Shown in pieces: positions 1 through 14,280 of a stretch of DNA of 64,000 nt. Numbering within the stretch: the stretch's first letter is position 1; every line of letters begins with the position of its first letter. The translations under genes were made by a program, and so were the position numbers. The DNA is from the human T2T-CHM13v2.0 reference genome, Homo sapiens: NCBI RefSeq assembly GCF_009914755.1, contig NC_060929.1. One strand, 5' to 3'. The notes under the pieces are model-generated. The model made no database searches and was not told the DNA's origin. It saw only the letters and a program-made list of their open reading frames with translations.

Positions 1-2272
1 AAGATAAAGATCATTATGGAATTTAGGATTGCAGGACATTCTTTGACATTTCATAACAGCCAGGGGAGATCAACTGTGGTCAGGGGACAGGGGCAGGAAG
101 AAACCATGGCCAAGGCCTGTCTGGCAGGACTTGAAGGGGCAGAGGGACCCTTGCAAATGACCCTGCCTGGAACCCACCCCCAGTTGGCCCCTGTATAGCA
201 CTGATCCAGCTGGGGCTTTTATCCCAGGATACCCTCTTCAGGGATGCCTGTATTTGTTGATTATCTGCCATATGCCTGGTCACTGCAGAATACAAGGAAG
301 AAAATAGCCTTCAGCAGAAGCTGAGACAGGAGCCTAGAGGATGGACAGTAAGGAGTCGAAGGCTCAGGATGAGGCTTTCCTGACTTTCTCCCCTAGGGGA
401 CTGATGTTCTCTACTGGTACAGACCTTGTTTTATTCATCCTTATGTCCCTAACCTGGAATGGGCCCAGGGTGACAGTTATAATAAGTGTTTGTCAAGTGA
501 GCAAGTGTGTGGAGTGTGCATTGTAGAGAGTAAGGTCTCTACAGGATCCTGCTGGAGAGGCAGCCCACTGGGCTCACCACTTCTCCAGAGGAGGGACTGG
601 TCCCTTGCCAGACAGCCCTGCCAGCTGGAGCAGGCTTCCTCAGGGGTGCCTGGAGCTGTTGACCATGGCTGTTGCCCTCTGGCCCCTCTTGGGAAGAGCA
701 ACCTGTCAGGTGTTAAAGACGGTCTTCATTTCTCTTCTCCAAGTAAACATGACTAGTTTCCATCTCACCATCTTCTGGCCCTCAGCAGACTGGTTATCCA
801 GTCTGGAGAGGCAACAGTAGTATCCAGATGTGATCCGAACAGACAGAACGATGGATGCAGACGGAAAATTCAGGTTTGTGTGCTTCGGCAGTCAGTATAT
901 GCAAGTTGTAATGGGGACAGTGGCTGGCATGGCCTTTAGCACTGTGGGAAGGATCAGGGTGTCTGCCCATCATTTTTCTCTCTTTGATAGACACTGTTTA
1001 CGTAGACACTGTTTTGGTGTAAAACCCTACGTTGTAGCTCTTGTCAACAGTGTTATGTTTCTCCTCAACTGTCCTGGAAACTCCCTGAGGTGGCTGGCTT
1101 GTAGGCACTCCATACCTGTTAGCTAGTATTATTTATTTATTGTTTTATTATTTGAATGGACAATCAATTCATGTCATTTAATGAACATGGGCTATGTGCC
1201 AGAAACCACCAGGTGCCAGAATACAACACTGAACTACAGTAGGCCTGTCCCTGGGCCCCAGAGCTCCCAGACACACTAGGAAGACTTGTTGATTTAATGA
1301 TAAACCTTGATTGAGCTCATGATTAACATCTTCACCACCAGACATCATTGAGTGCTCTCTGTGTGTTCAACTCAGAACATACCCTTCCTGCCTTCAGAGG
1401 CTGGAATGTGAGAGTCATTAAGGGAGACACCATTGTGGGAGTGAGAAAATCCTGGACTTGGAGGGAACTGACTAGGGATCACCTCCCAGCTCTGCCATGG
1501 ACCCACTGTGTGACCATGGGCAAGTTACTTGACCTCTCTGAGCCTCAGTTATCTTATCAGTGAAACTGGGTTAATAATATATCTCTCAGTGGCACAGGAG
1601 GATCACATAGGGTCACCACACTCCACAACTCCAGGAGATGCTGTTAACATTTTAGTCTATGGATCCTCTGGTGGCCTAAGATTTAAATGAGAGCACTTTT
1701 GCTATGTGACCTGAAGTTAATGTCAATAAGTTATAGCTATTGTTATGTACGATGTAAGCAGGGGTCACTGCAGGCCAGAAGGCTGACACAATTTGGCCAG
1801 GCTTTGTTCTTCAAGGAAGGGCAGGGCTCTGAGAAGTGCAGACCGTGATGCAGGTGAAGGCCAGGAGGCAGGGACTCCCAGGGCAGGTCTGGAAGGAGCG
1901 AGGCTGGTGACGGAAGTGGTCAGCAACCTCAAGGCATGAGTAAGGCGCTTGCCCTTCTCTCCAGGCACAGAGGAGTCACTGGAAGCTGGGCAAAGAGCTG
2001 GGATGGATGAGACCAAGGCGAATACTTTACTTATTAAGCTGCAAAGGACCCTAGGGAGCATCTTGTCTTACCAGGCAAACAAAGGCCAGGGAGGGAAAGT
2101 AGTGAGTCTCCAGGGTCACACAGCAAGGACCAGGGCCCGCGCCAAGACTCCCACCCCTGCAGAACCCAGCTCAAATGATTCCTTGAGCCCAGTGTGTGGC
2201 TCCACAAAAGAAAGTTCCTGGCACTTTTCATATTTATTTATAATTTTTTTTCTGATTATAAAAGTAATTATA

Positions 2273-2568
2273 GGCCAGTCAAGGTGGCTCACACCTATAA
2301 TCCCAGTACTTTGGGAGGCCGAGGCAGGAGGATTATGTGAGCTCAGGAGTTCGAGACCAGCATGGACAACATGGCGAAATCCTGTCTCTACAAAAAATTA
2401 GCTGGGCATGGTGGTATGTACCTGTAGTCCCAGCTTCTCCGGAGGCTGAGGTGGGAGGATCACTTGAGCCTGTGAGGTCGAGACTACACCGAGATTGCAC
2501 TAAGCCGAGATTGCACCACTGCGCTCCAGCCTTGGTCAACAGGGTGAGATTTTGTCTCAAAAAATAAG
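2273..2568 (+). mobile_element. Alu
   Basis: Dimeric Alu; TSD TAAAAGTAATTATA on both sides. Confidence 0.93.
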
Positions 2569-3819
2569 TAAAAGTAATTATAGGTCATCATGGAATATTT
2601 TTAAACTATAGAAATATAAAAAATATATAATCACCTGTAATCCCACCATCCAAAGATAATCACCTTTAGTATTGTGATGTATTCCCTCCATCTGTATTCC
2701 ACAAAAAAATTATATATTAATTAGATTTGAATTGTGTATAGTTTCACATCTCCCTTTTCCTCTGTAAAATTGTGCTTTATGAGAAGGAGGGATTATTTTT
2801 AATGTAGAAGAAACTAGAAAACCTTTTTCTTAAAAAAAAAAAAAAAAAAAAAAAAAGCAAAGCCCCACAGTCTGTAGTGGTTGGAGGACATCCTGTGGGG
2901 CTGCATGGTGGCTCTGTCGCACATCCGGTGTGAGCTGCGGGGCGGTGGCAGTGGCTGGGTCCTTTTCTCCCCTGGCCAGGCTACACCCTTCTGCCTGTGG
3001 GTAAGACAGAGTTTTGAAGCGTCTGTGCTCACCCTTTCCTCCCTAACACAGGATGCTGTGATCATTCACCCTATCAAAAGGCATGTGGGGTTGTGATCGT
3101 TACTGTTTGCATCTCAAGTTGTGCGGCACAATGTTTTCTCGTGTGTTATCTCACCTGAGACTCACACACCCTGTGAGACAGATAAGACAAATGATGTTAT
3201 ACCCATTTTACAGATGAAGAAACTGAGGCTACAAAAGGTCTAGTGGCTTATTTGAGGCCACATAGCTAGTAAGTGGCAGAGTGGGGACTTTTTGCAGATC
3301 TGGCTGGCATCCAGTAACTATTTTTTTTCCTCTATACTTTTTTTTCCAGTAGTCCTAGCTTTTCCAGAGCTAAACTGAGTCCCCTTAGTATTCCCTTAGT
3401 AAGGCCAAGGACTGAGAGTGTTATGAGTATTGTGGATGTGTGGAGGGGCCATGCAACTCCTTCCTGGGAATCTTAAGCCAAGCCCTGTGGCCTCTGACTA
3501 GCTGTCCTAGGTGGCCTGACCTCAGGCAAGCCCCTCCATGACCACTCAGAGCCAGCACCTCAGCTCACTGAGGTTTGGGGAGGGGGCTCAAAGAGGCAGC
3601 TGCTTCCTATAGAGAGGTCCAGCAGAGGCACTATCCTGGGGGGCATCCTTCTTGACCCCCTCCATGCCATGGAGGCCCATTCCCTGCCCAGGGCTTTAGA
3701 GTCTGAGCTTCTCCCAGAGGGAATGGAGTCTTTCACAGAGAGGCTGTAGAGCCTTGTGAGGCTGAGTCCAACCCACGTGCAGGGATTTTGGGCAGCTGCA
3801 TCCCCCAAATGGTTTCCCA

Positions 3820-4651
3820 GTGGATCAGTTTCCTATTGCTGCTCTAACAAATTATCATAAACAGGGGCTTAAAACAACACAATTTTTTATTTATTTATTT
3901 ATTTTTTTGGATACAGGGTCTTGCTCTGTCACTCAGGCTGGAGTGCAGTGGCTCAATCTTGACTCACTGCAACCTCTCCCTCCTGGGCTCAGGCCATCCT
4001 CCTACCTCAGCCTCCCAAGTAGCCAGGACTAAAGGCACGTGCTACCACACCTGGCTAATTTTTTGTATACTTTATAGAGACAGGGTCTCACTATGTTGCC
4101 CTGGCTGGTCTCAAACTCCTGGGCACAAGCAATCTGCCTGCCTCAGCCTCCCAAAGTGCTAGGATTACAGGTGTAAGCCACTGCACCTGGCCCGTTTCTT
4201 TTCTTATAGTTCTGTAGTCAGAAGTCCAAAACAGGTCTCACTGGGCTAAACTCAAGGTGTCAACAGAGCTGCATTTCTTCCTGGGGGCTCTAGTGGAGAA
4301 TCCCTTTCCTTCCTTTCCCTTTCCAGCTTTTAGAGGCTGCCTGCATTCCTTGGCCTGCAACCCCTTCCTCCACTTTCAAAGCCAGCACTGGCTGGTCAGG
4401 TTTTTCACAATGCGATCTCTCTGGTTCTGACCCTTCTGCCTCCTCCTTCTTCATTTAAGAACCCTTGTGATTACACTGGGCCCACACCAATAATCCAGGG
4501 TAATCTCTCTATTTGCAAGTGAGCTGGTTAGCAACCTTAATTCCATCTGCAGTTTTAATTCCTCTTTGCCATGTAGCAACATATTCATAGGCTCATGCAT
4601 TAGGACGTGGACCTCTTTATTCCACTGTGGACCAATACTCTGCCTTCCACA
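3820..4651 (-). mobile_element. MLT1-type MaLR LTR interrupted by an Alu (3885-4193, minus)
   Basis: TTTCCTATTGCTGCTCTAACAAATTATCATAAAC...GGCTTAAAACAACAC and the later TCTCACTGGGCTAAA-TCAAGGTGTC are typical MLT1 motifs. Confidence 0.75.
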
Positions 4652-5338
4652 CCTAGCCTCTCTTCTGAGTTTTCCAAGGGCCCCCCATCCTCAGGCATCC
4701 TCAGGCATAGACAGCCGGCTGGGCCAGACCACAGTCAGGATGTTCCCGCCACTATCAGAGAGGTCCTTTCTACCCAAGTCCCCTCCCACCTGCCTGCTCC
4801 TCTTTCAGCTCGGTCTGTCCTGGATTCCTCTTCCTTCATCCTCTGCTCCCAGTCTTAGGTAGAGAAGAGCTGAGCAGGAAGTGCCAGGGGGTGTGGAGAT
4901 GGAGGAGGGGGAAGGTAAGGCCTGAGGCACCAGGGCTCTGGGAGCCCAGGGAGCTGAGGCCTTTCAATCCAGACACCCTGCACTTCTCTGGCTCTGGGGC
5001 CTCTGGGGACCACACACTCAGCTCCAGGGCTGGAGGGGTGGCCAGCCAAGTATTGGAACCCTTCTGCTTGTACATCCCTAGCTGCCCTTAACAGCCACAG
5101 TTCACCTGGCCCTTTTCTTGGGTGATGACAGACTGTCTGCCTTAATTTATTCCCTTTCCCCTGTCCCTCCCTAGGCCTCAGGCTGGAACTTTCAGGAGCT
5201 TCCACGGGAGGCAAGGCCCCAGCCAGGCCTCTGTCCCTGGGCTGCTTGGTGTGGGGATGGGGGATCCAGAACCCCAGCAGGAGGGCAGATGGGGAGCACA
5301 GGGCAGGAGGGGCAGGACAAAGCCTTTGGCCCTCAGGG

Positions 5339-5451
5339 AGGGTGACCAACTGGCCCTGGTTTGCCTGGGACTTTCCCAGTTTTAGCACTGAAAGTCCCAA
5401 ATCCTGGGAAACTCCTCAGTCCTAAGCAAACTGGAACAGTTGGTCAGCCTA
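5339..5451. mobile_element. MER81 (hAT-Blackjack non-autonomous DNA transposon)
   Basis: TIRs AGGGTGACCAACT...AGTTGGTCAGCCTA, ~113 bp, internal sequence matches the recalled MER81 consensus. Confidence 0.8.
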
Positions 5452-5486
5452 TCTCCAAGCCTTTTGCACCTCCTAATCTACTCTAG

Positions 5487-5860
5487 ATCACCTCTGCAGC
5501 CTGCACAGCCGGGCCTTTGGACTCCTGGATGCTAGAGTGACCTGGGCGCTGAGGAGGGCCCCCGAGCCAGTACCAGGAAAGGATAGACTCCTGCTTGCAG
5601 CATTCCCAGCAGAGGCATCGCCTGTGGACACCGCGTCTGTGTCTGTATATGGCAGAGCTCCCAGATATATGCACAAGGGAGTGAAAAAATGTGTTTGCAC
5701 CCCAGTCTCTAAAAATTCAACAGCCTGGTTACTTCTGGGTGGTATATCGTAGGTGGCTTTAATACGTGTTATTTGCTCATCTGTATTTCTTACTCTTTGC
5801 ACAATTAAACCATGTTCCTTTTACTTATGTACATTTTTAATAAAAGAAAGTTGTTAATGA
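5487..5860 (+). ncRNA. IRF1-AS1: Probable terminal exon of lncRNA IRF1-AS1/CARINH (C5orf56), convergent with IRF1
   Basis: Branch-point-like CTAAT at 5473-5477, acceptor CTCTAG|ATC at 5486/5487, TGTA then AATAAA at 5839-5844. Identity comes from locus knowledge and position, not from the sequence alone. Confidence 0.5.
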
Positions 5861-8800
5861 CTCAGCCTTCTATCTCCAGTACTGCCGAAAGAGACAAGCG
5901 GTCCTGCTGCATGTCATGCACACACTGGCCCTTGTTCTGGGGACTTTGACCTTGGCTGCTGGTTGGTCATGGCCTGTTTTGCCCAGGGCTCTACTGCAGG
6001 GGCAGGGTTGGTTATTCCTCTGTGCCCTTTTTGCCTCTCAGCCTGCCTGCTCCTCTGGACCCCAGAGTCTAGCCTGGTTCCCCCAGGGGAGGGACTCAGA
6101 AAGTGCTACTATAGAGAGATGCTAACTACATCTCTGCTGAGCAGCAGGAGATGCTCTGAAGTGCCAATCCTGGCTGAACACTGTGAGAATATGGAAGAGA
6201 TAAGCTGCTTGCCCCTGGGGAGCTTCCAGTCTGGTTGGCGAGATTGGGTACCCCGCAGACCCTGTGGGGACTGGCAGACAGGAAGGGACAGGCCCTAGAG
6301 GGTGAGGCTTTGCCTGTGAGGGCTGTCACTGGTCAGAGAAGGGAGGGCCCCAGGGCTCCATTGTACAAGTCTTAGGATGGCCAAAGACCAAAAATGGGGT
6401 CCTCTTCAGTGACCTGAGGCAGGCCGCACAAGCTTGGGGGTAGATGGTCTCCTGTGCCCAGAACTCTGGCTGCTCGCCACCTATGACAGAAGAATGGTGA
6501 TGAACACTCACCAGGCTGTTCCAAGTCTCGGAAAGTTGGACACCCCTTCAGGTCCTCCTCCCTGTCCCACCCCACCCCACCCCTACCCCATATGGGAATG
6601 CCAGGCTGTAGCCTTCGCTGTGACCCATCCCAACTCCAGCTCCTCTCCCCATCCCAACAAGCCAAGCAGGAGCACTTGGAGGGGAGCCCTGGGTCCCCAG
6701 CAGAAACAGCCCTCCACTGCCTCCACAATCAGGTCATCAGCCCCTGCCCCAGTCCACTGTTGCCCTAGTGTGGCCGACATGACAGGACTTCTTGTAATTC
6801 TGGCCTAATGGTTCCCACATCCCCAAACACCAACTCCATGTCCATATGCCTCCCTTGTTACACAAAGTCAGCTTTCTCCAAGAAACCAGAGAAGCACATG
6901 ATCCCCGCCACACCTCTCCAGGGGCCTCCCTCCTGATCTGAGATCCTCGGTATATCCCATGGCCTCTCTGAGCCAAGGTGTAGCTGAGTTGTGTGGGGTT
7001 TTTGTTTGTTTGTTTGTTTGTTTAACCACTGTGTAAGAACTCACTACTTGGGCCCCAATTCTGGACAAATTCCAGATTGACAGTGTGAGGGAGAGGTGGT
7101 AGCAGAACTGGACACCCCCACAACCTTGTTGCTTTGAAGGAAAGGAGGGCAGAAACAGGAGGGGATCCAGCCAATCCAAGGCATTTGGCCCGAAATGGAT
7201 GTGAAGACCTCACCCAGGCTGCCCCTCTGGGCTGGCACAGGAGGGCAGGGGAGGGCCTTCCCTAAAGGAAGCCTGCAGGTGAATCCCAGCGCCCGCCTGA
7301 TGTAAGGCGGCAACTGGCCAGCTGCCAGAGGTGCCAGGTGTTCTCAGGGATCAAGAAACCAGGAATTAGGCCCACCAGAGCCATAGGGTCTGACCCGAGC
7401 CTGGTGGCTGGGAATGAGAATGCATCTGTGCATGGTCCTGAGTCTCACAGCCACCCAGGGTCCAGACCTCTGAGGAACTCCAGGACCCAACAGAGGGTCT
7501 GGTTTAAAGCAGAACAGACTAGGTTGTCTTGCTGAGACAGAAACATGGCTAAAAAGTCCTCTTTGATCCTGGGAGCTGAGATAAGGCCTAGCAGGCCAGA
7601 GTCCCCCGTTTGCTCCAAACAGGCCTGGTGTGGCCAAGCTGCCCCCTGCACTGAGGCCAAGTTACAAGCCTGTCTGTGTCTCGGCCCCCTGGGGCCCCAC
7701 CCTTCGAAACTGCAGGTGGCCTCCAGGGCATAGGTGGGGCAAACCCTACCCTGTTGGGGCCCTGGGGCCTGTAGCGGCAGAGCCATGTTGCCAGGGGTGT
7801 TGGAAGGTGTGTGTGCTGGGGGAAGGGAGGAGAGCTGAAGGCAGGGCAGCACAGCAGCTGCAGCTTTTGCCGCCTTCCCTCAGCATCCACAAGTGCTTGC
7901 TTGGCATAAGGTGCTCGGGCCCTGCCCCTTGCTAGCTCTCCCCAGCTTCTTGTGCAGGCCTCCGTGTTCTTCTCTCAGGCAGCCTGATATGGAACCAACC
8001 TGGATTCTGGGCACAGATAGATGATGTGGGTTGGAACCAAGGCTCCATACTGATTAGGTGGTGAGAGTTGGTTTCCTGGTCTGTGAACAAGGGCCGTGGT
8101 GGGGTGCCAGTGCCGTGGTACACACGTGGTGCTTGGCATAGCACCCAGCACAAAGTGAGCACTCGAGGCCTGTGTTGCCATTATCCAGCCAGACTTTGAG
8201 GTCTTTTCCAGTTCTGCTCATTTGTGAGCTTGTGGGATCATCTCCTTGGGTGAGGAATGGTGGGCTGGACGTCTGCCTCCCCTCTTTCATTCAGTCCCCA
8301 TGTCCTTGCTCCATAGCCTCCAGTATCTCCCCAGCTGAAGTTTCACTCAGCAGACTCTGCAGGCCTGTGTCTTACCACTGAGCCAGCAGAGGTGGACTTC
8401 TGTAACTCCTTACCCTGAGAAAACCAGCATAAATGGGTCTCTTGAGAGCTGCCTGGAGCTAGGAAAACTATGCGGCCAGCCAGCTATACCCTTCTGAGGC
8501 CTTAGACTTGGCCCCACAAGGGAGCTCCGGATGATAAAGCCAAGCTCCACCCTGCCAAGTACTTTCACCCCTGGAAAAGGAGGGCACCAGCTTCCCCTTC
8601 TCCCACCCCAGGCCTCCTTCCTCTGTGACAGCCAGCAGAACTGGGGAAAGGTTAGTGCTGAGTTCTGATGAATTGGAAGATCAGTTGTGCCCAAGTTAAG
8701 GAACAGCATTACATCTGACAGAGACAAAAGCTTTCTATAGGGTCACTATATTAGCCCTGGGTGCTCCAACAGGACTGCCTGGAGGACATCTGTACCCCCT

Positions 8801-10243
8801 TTCCCCTCCAAGTATAAGGGCAGAGTTTTGGATCTGTACACAGTGTGAAAGATCAAGTGGTCCCAGAGAATGACAACCTGGCTGTTTCCCAGCCCCACCA
8901 ACCAGGAGACATCACTCCTAGAGAAAAAAACTCCACTTCCCAGGGCTACCCCAGGATTTCAGTTCCCACTTTGGCAGGCCCCACTGGAGACTTCCAGAAA
9001 AATCAGAGAAAGCTCTTTCCTTTGGAGTTGTAATGGTCACAACACCCTGCACACAGTGCACTGAGAGATGTTGAAAGCTGACACACCAAGAAGGGATGGT
9101 TTGCATATTAGCTTCTAGCTTTCTTCCTATTGCCAAGTGAGCTGAATGAATAAACCAGCCCAATGAAAGTGACCAGCCAGCTATACCCTTTTGGAGTTAA
9201 GGCAAGGAAACCCATGACTAACCACAAATGCCCGCAAATGTCTGTAAACTTGGCCCAACATGAGAAATCTAGCTGGTGTGGCTGAGCACCACTTTTGTCA
9301 GTTTACCCCAGTGGAAAGTGGTCCTTGATGACAGTTATCTCATCACAACCCCAGCAAAACAGATCTTTCAACAACCTCCTAGCTCCCTCAACCTAGAACT
9401 TCCACCATTAGTGCTTATACTGAAACTCTTGAGAATGACCCACAGAAGCACTGTCAGATCCTTAGAATGATCTAATTATTAAGCACAAACTTGGTTCAGA
9501 TCTTACTAATACTGCTCCGTTTCAGGCACTGTTTGGCTAATGACTCGGTAGTGTCAGCTGCCATCACCTTTAGGTGAGCTGTCAGACCTTATTTAGTTTC
9601 TTTTCCTAGGAAAAGGCTGAAGTCTTGGTAGGATGTGATGGGACAGCTCTCCATCCTGAAAGGTCTGGCTCTATCCCACACTACTCCAGGCTTGGTCCCT
9701 AGGACCCAGCTCCATTGTGATGGGGGCCAGGGGAGAGTTTTGAGGTCCCTCCCTGGAGATTCCAAGCAATTGCTACCAATCATTTAGGACTCCTGGGATC
9801 AGAGGGGATGGGGAAATTGAGGACTCCATCTTGGTTGTGGAGATTGGAAGCTGATGGACATAATTCCTCTCTCTTTTTGGTAATTTACAAGCAATTAACT
9901 TTGCTTTTAGAACTTGAGAGATTTCCACAGCTGCCTAAGACTTCACATACTCACTGCCTACCCTCCATCAGGGATTAGATTGAAGGGCAGGAGAAAAAGA
10001 AGTCAGAGCTGCTGCTTGTTCTGGGTGGTATCACTTTCCTCCCGTCAGTCCACTCTACCTTGCTCTGCACCACCTGCCATCACCCACTAGGAGAACCCAG
10101 ATGGAAGCCACAGGTGGCTAGCCACCTCAATCCAAATCTTAAAAAGGGCTGGTCCCTGAAGGAGCTGGAAAAGTCCATCCTGTCTATCCCTCTGTTCCCA
10201 GGTGAAGCTATTCTTGAGAAATCCAAGTGGAGCTTCCAAGTAG

Positions 10244-10538
<295 letters not shown>

Positions 10539-11359
10539 CAAGGGGAGCTTCTGACAAGCAGGGCCTGGGATAGGGGCCTGTCCAGGCATCCACATATAGA
10601 ATATTTACCCAGCAGGAGTCCACCTGCCACTCACACAGCATCTCCAAGATCAGGGACCAGTACTTCCTGAGCTTGACAGAGAATGAATGTGTCAGACTGA
10701 CCTCTGCCCATTTTGTAGTTTTCTCATCATTTTCTCACTCAGTCTTCCCTTTTCAAGGGCCCACACTCTTCCCGAGGGCTGGGCCTAGTGAGCGGGGTCA
10801 CAGTCCATACGGTTTCTGGGACTGAGAAGGTGGAAGATGTGTCCATAGAGCTTTTGTTTCCTAAGCAACGTATTACTGCCATGATTCCATTCCCTAGATG
10901 ATGCTGGTGATGCAAGCTGGCTTCTCTTGGCCAGCCTACCTACTGCTGGGTAGTGTTTATGCCCCATGGCCAGACACTGAAGAGGGAGACAGGAAACGCA
11001 CATATCCACACCTTCCACCCTCAGACATTCCTGTAACTTGAGCTTATCTAAGGGGGCATTGTCATATGTCAGGGGTTCCCAAACTACGGTCTTCAGAAAC
11101 ACTGTTTACCCTCCATAGAGGTTGTGTGCATCAGCCCAGGCAGAATCCTGCTTCATGAAGGTGTTTTCCTAATGCATGTGTGCATGGACCTGTCTCATGC
11201 TACACTGCAGGGCTGGTATTCAGCACCAATAGTTATTGTTGGCTGCTAAAATAGCAAACTACTCAAAATGGCAGGTAAATAGCCCCAAGCCCCTATCCCC
11301 AGTGTCCTCCCACTACTCAAACCCCTCTCCCTCAGATCTGCCCCCAGTCCAGTATCTAC

Positions 11360-11560
11360 CTGCACTGTTCAATATGGTAACCACTGACCACATGTGACTA
11401 TTTACATACAGTTTATTAAATGCAATTAAAAGTTCAATTCCTTATTGCACTGGCCACATTTCAAGTGCTTAGCTGGCACATGTGGCTAGTGCCAGTGCCT
11501 ACTGTATTGAACGGTACAGACAGAGCATTTCATCACTCTAGAAACTGGATGGCAAGTGCT
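11360..11560 (-). mobile_element. MER3 (hAT-Charlie) DNA transposon
   Basis: CTGCACTGTTCAATATGGTAACCACTGACCACATGTG...CACATTTCAAGTGCT...CACATGTGGCTAGTG resembles the recalled MER3 consensus with its internal inverted repeats. Confidence 0.72.
11412..11417 (-). terminator. IRF1: Candidate distal IRF1 poly(A) signal AATAAA
   Basis: Plus-strand TTTATT; use would give a ~3.55-kb mRNA, consistent with the recalled long IRF1 transcript. Confidence 0.7.
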
Positions 11561-11842
11561 ACCCAGCACAGCAGCCGTGAGGACCTTTCTTGGGCTGCTG
11601 ACTGTTCTGTCTGTGACTGTGTCATATCAACTGACTTTTTGGAGCAGCATCTGTGTGTTAGCAGGACACATCACCTATGGCACATGCCTCAAAACTTAAC
11701 ACTCCTTGGGCCCCAGGAGCCCAGAATCAACTGACAGCCCTGGTGATAGTCAAGGACAGGTGACTATGTTTATATAAGCATGTTCCTATGACAGGAATGT
11801 CCCCTCCTTCTGCCATTGTCTATGTGAACATAAACAAAAGGA

Positions 11843-12725
<883 letters not shown>

Positions 12726-12875
12726 GAAAGGATTTTATAACAGATGCATGTCCCTGTTCACCCCAAAGTCAAGTTCAGGCGGGATGCCAATAATAAGTCC
12801 ATCAGTGTTTCCATAAAAAGTAAAATCATCTACAAGTTAAATTTCTCTCTAAAAAGGCCACACCCTTATAAACAA

Positions 12876-12881
12876 TTTACT
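12876..12881 (-). terminator. IRF1: Candidate proximal IRF1 poly(A) signal (AGTAAA variant)
   Basis: Minus strand reads ...TTTTTATAAAAAGTAAATTGTT in an AU-rich stretch preceded by UGUA motifs; use would give a ~2.1-kb mRNA. Confidence 0.55.
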
Positions 12882-13733
12882 TTTTATAAAAAGACAAATG
12901 TACATATTTACACACGTCCTTATGTGTTCACACATGACTTAATGGTTAGATGACATTTCCAATTTTAAGTCATACCAAGGCGCTCACACTTCCCTCCCTG
13001 GGCCTGTTGAGGGCTGCTGGGGCTTGAGGGGGTGGTGGGCGCCGAGCAAGGCACTGTATAAATAAATGCAAAGGCCAAGAGCTCGGGGGAAATGTTAGTG
13101 TACACCTCTGATCAGAAATGTGGCAAGATCCACACGAAAAAGTGCCAAGTTTTTTTCCCAAGCCCCTCAGCCAAAGCAGGGAGCAGGGTAGAGCTCCTCT
13201 GAGGCTGAGGGAGCATTGCCCCGAAGGACCCCACTTTCCTTCACATTTCACTGGCTTTGGAACAGTCCCCAGGGCTCAGCTGAAAAGGGGGTAGTTCTTT
13301 GGGAACGAGATTCATTTAGTGCAATTTTCTCTTAGTGCAGAGCCAGCCCTGGGATTGGTGTTATGCTTTTCTGGGGTCACTGGTCTGTTCCCCTAGGAGC
13401 CAGCCAGTGACAGCGAGACCCTCTCCAGGCAGCTGGGCTCAGAGGAAAAAGCCAGACACTGACTCCTGTCCAAGTCCCTGACCTGATACACTGGTCTCAG
13501 AACCTCATCTTCCCAGGAGGCAGGGCCAGCTTTACACCACAAGAAAAACCCAGACACTGGCCTGCCAGGCCCTGAGAGGTCAATGACCCAAGGAGGGAGG
13601 CCCCATCCCCACTTGGCAGTGGGGTCACACTTGGCTGTTGAGGGGCCCACAGAAGTCCAGCTTCTCTGCACCATATCCACCATGATGCCAGGTCCTGCTT
13701 GCCTAGAGGAATAAGAGGGGCCCAGGGGCCCTG

Positions 13734-13858
13734 CTACGGTGCACAGGGAATGGCCTGGATGGAGGGCAACCGGACTGGGGTCAGCAGGCTGTCCAGCCAG
13801 GTGGCATCCATGTTCTTCAGATCTGTGAAGACACGCTGTAGACTCAGCCCAATATCCC
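13734..13858 (-). CDS. IRF1: IRF1 exon 10 coding part to the TAG stop
   Basis: GDIGLSLQRVFTDLKNMDATWLDSLLTPVRLPSIQAIPCAP*; coding exon lengths sum to 978 nt = 325 aa + stop. Confidence 0.98.
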
Positions 13859-14144
13859 CTAGAAGATGTGAAGAAGGTTGTATGAGGGCAAGGGACGGTG
13901 GCATCAGGTGTGCTTCCCCCTACCCCTGAAGGCCATAGACATGGCCTCTGCTCTTCCCAGCACAGCAGTAAACATCCACTCAGCTTCAGGCAAACCTTAA
14001 GGCATGGCAGCAGTAGCTAATTCACAATGTGTCAGTACCCCAGATGCTTTACCGCCCTGCCCCCTGGTCCTGCCCCCAAGCTTTCTCCATCCCTACGTGG
14101 TTCTCCCTCATCTAAGAAGCCATAAGGATCCAGGGCCTTCTTAC

Positions 14145-14280
14145 CCCCTGGGCTGTCAATTTCTGGCTCCTCCTTACAGCTAAAGTCTCCATAGACAGAG
14201 GTGGGCTGGACTCCAGGTTCATTGAGTAGGTACCCCTTCCCATCCACGTTTGTTGGCTGCCACTCCGACTGCTCCAAGAG
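14145..14280 (-). CDS. IRF1: IRF1 exon 9
   Basis: LLEQSEWQPTNVDGKGYLLNEPGVQPTSVYGDFSCKEEPEIDSPG; 136 nt; donor G|GTAAG. Confidence 0.98.

Noticed and set aside
1-3000. Possible additional lncRNA exons at the start of the window
   Set aside because: Annotated lncRNAs may overlap here, but exon boundaries could not be supported from the sequence alone.
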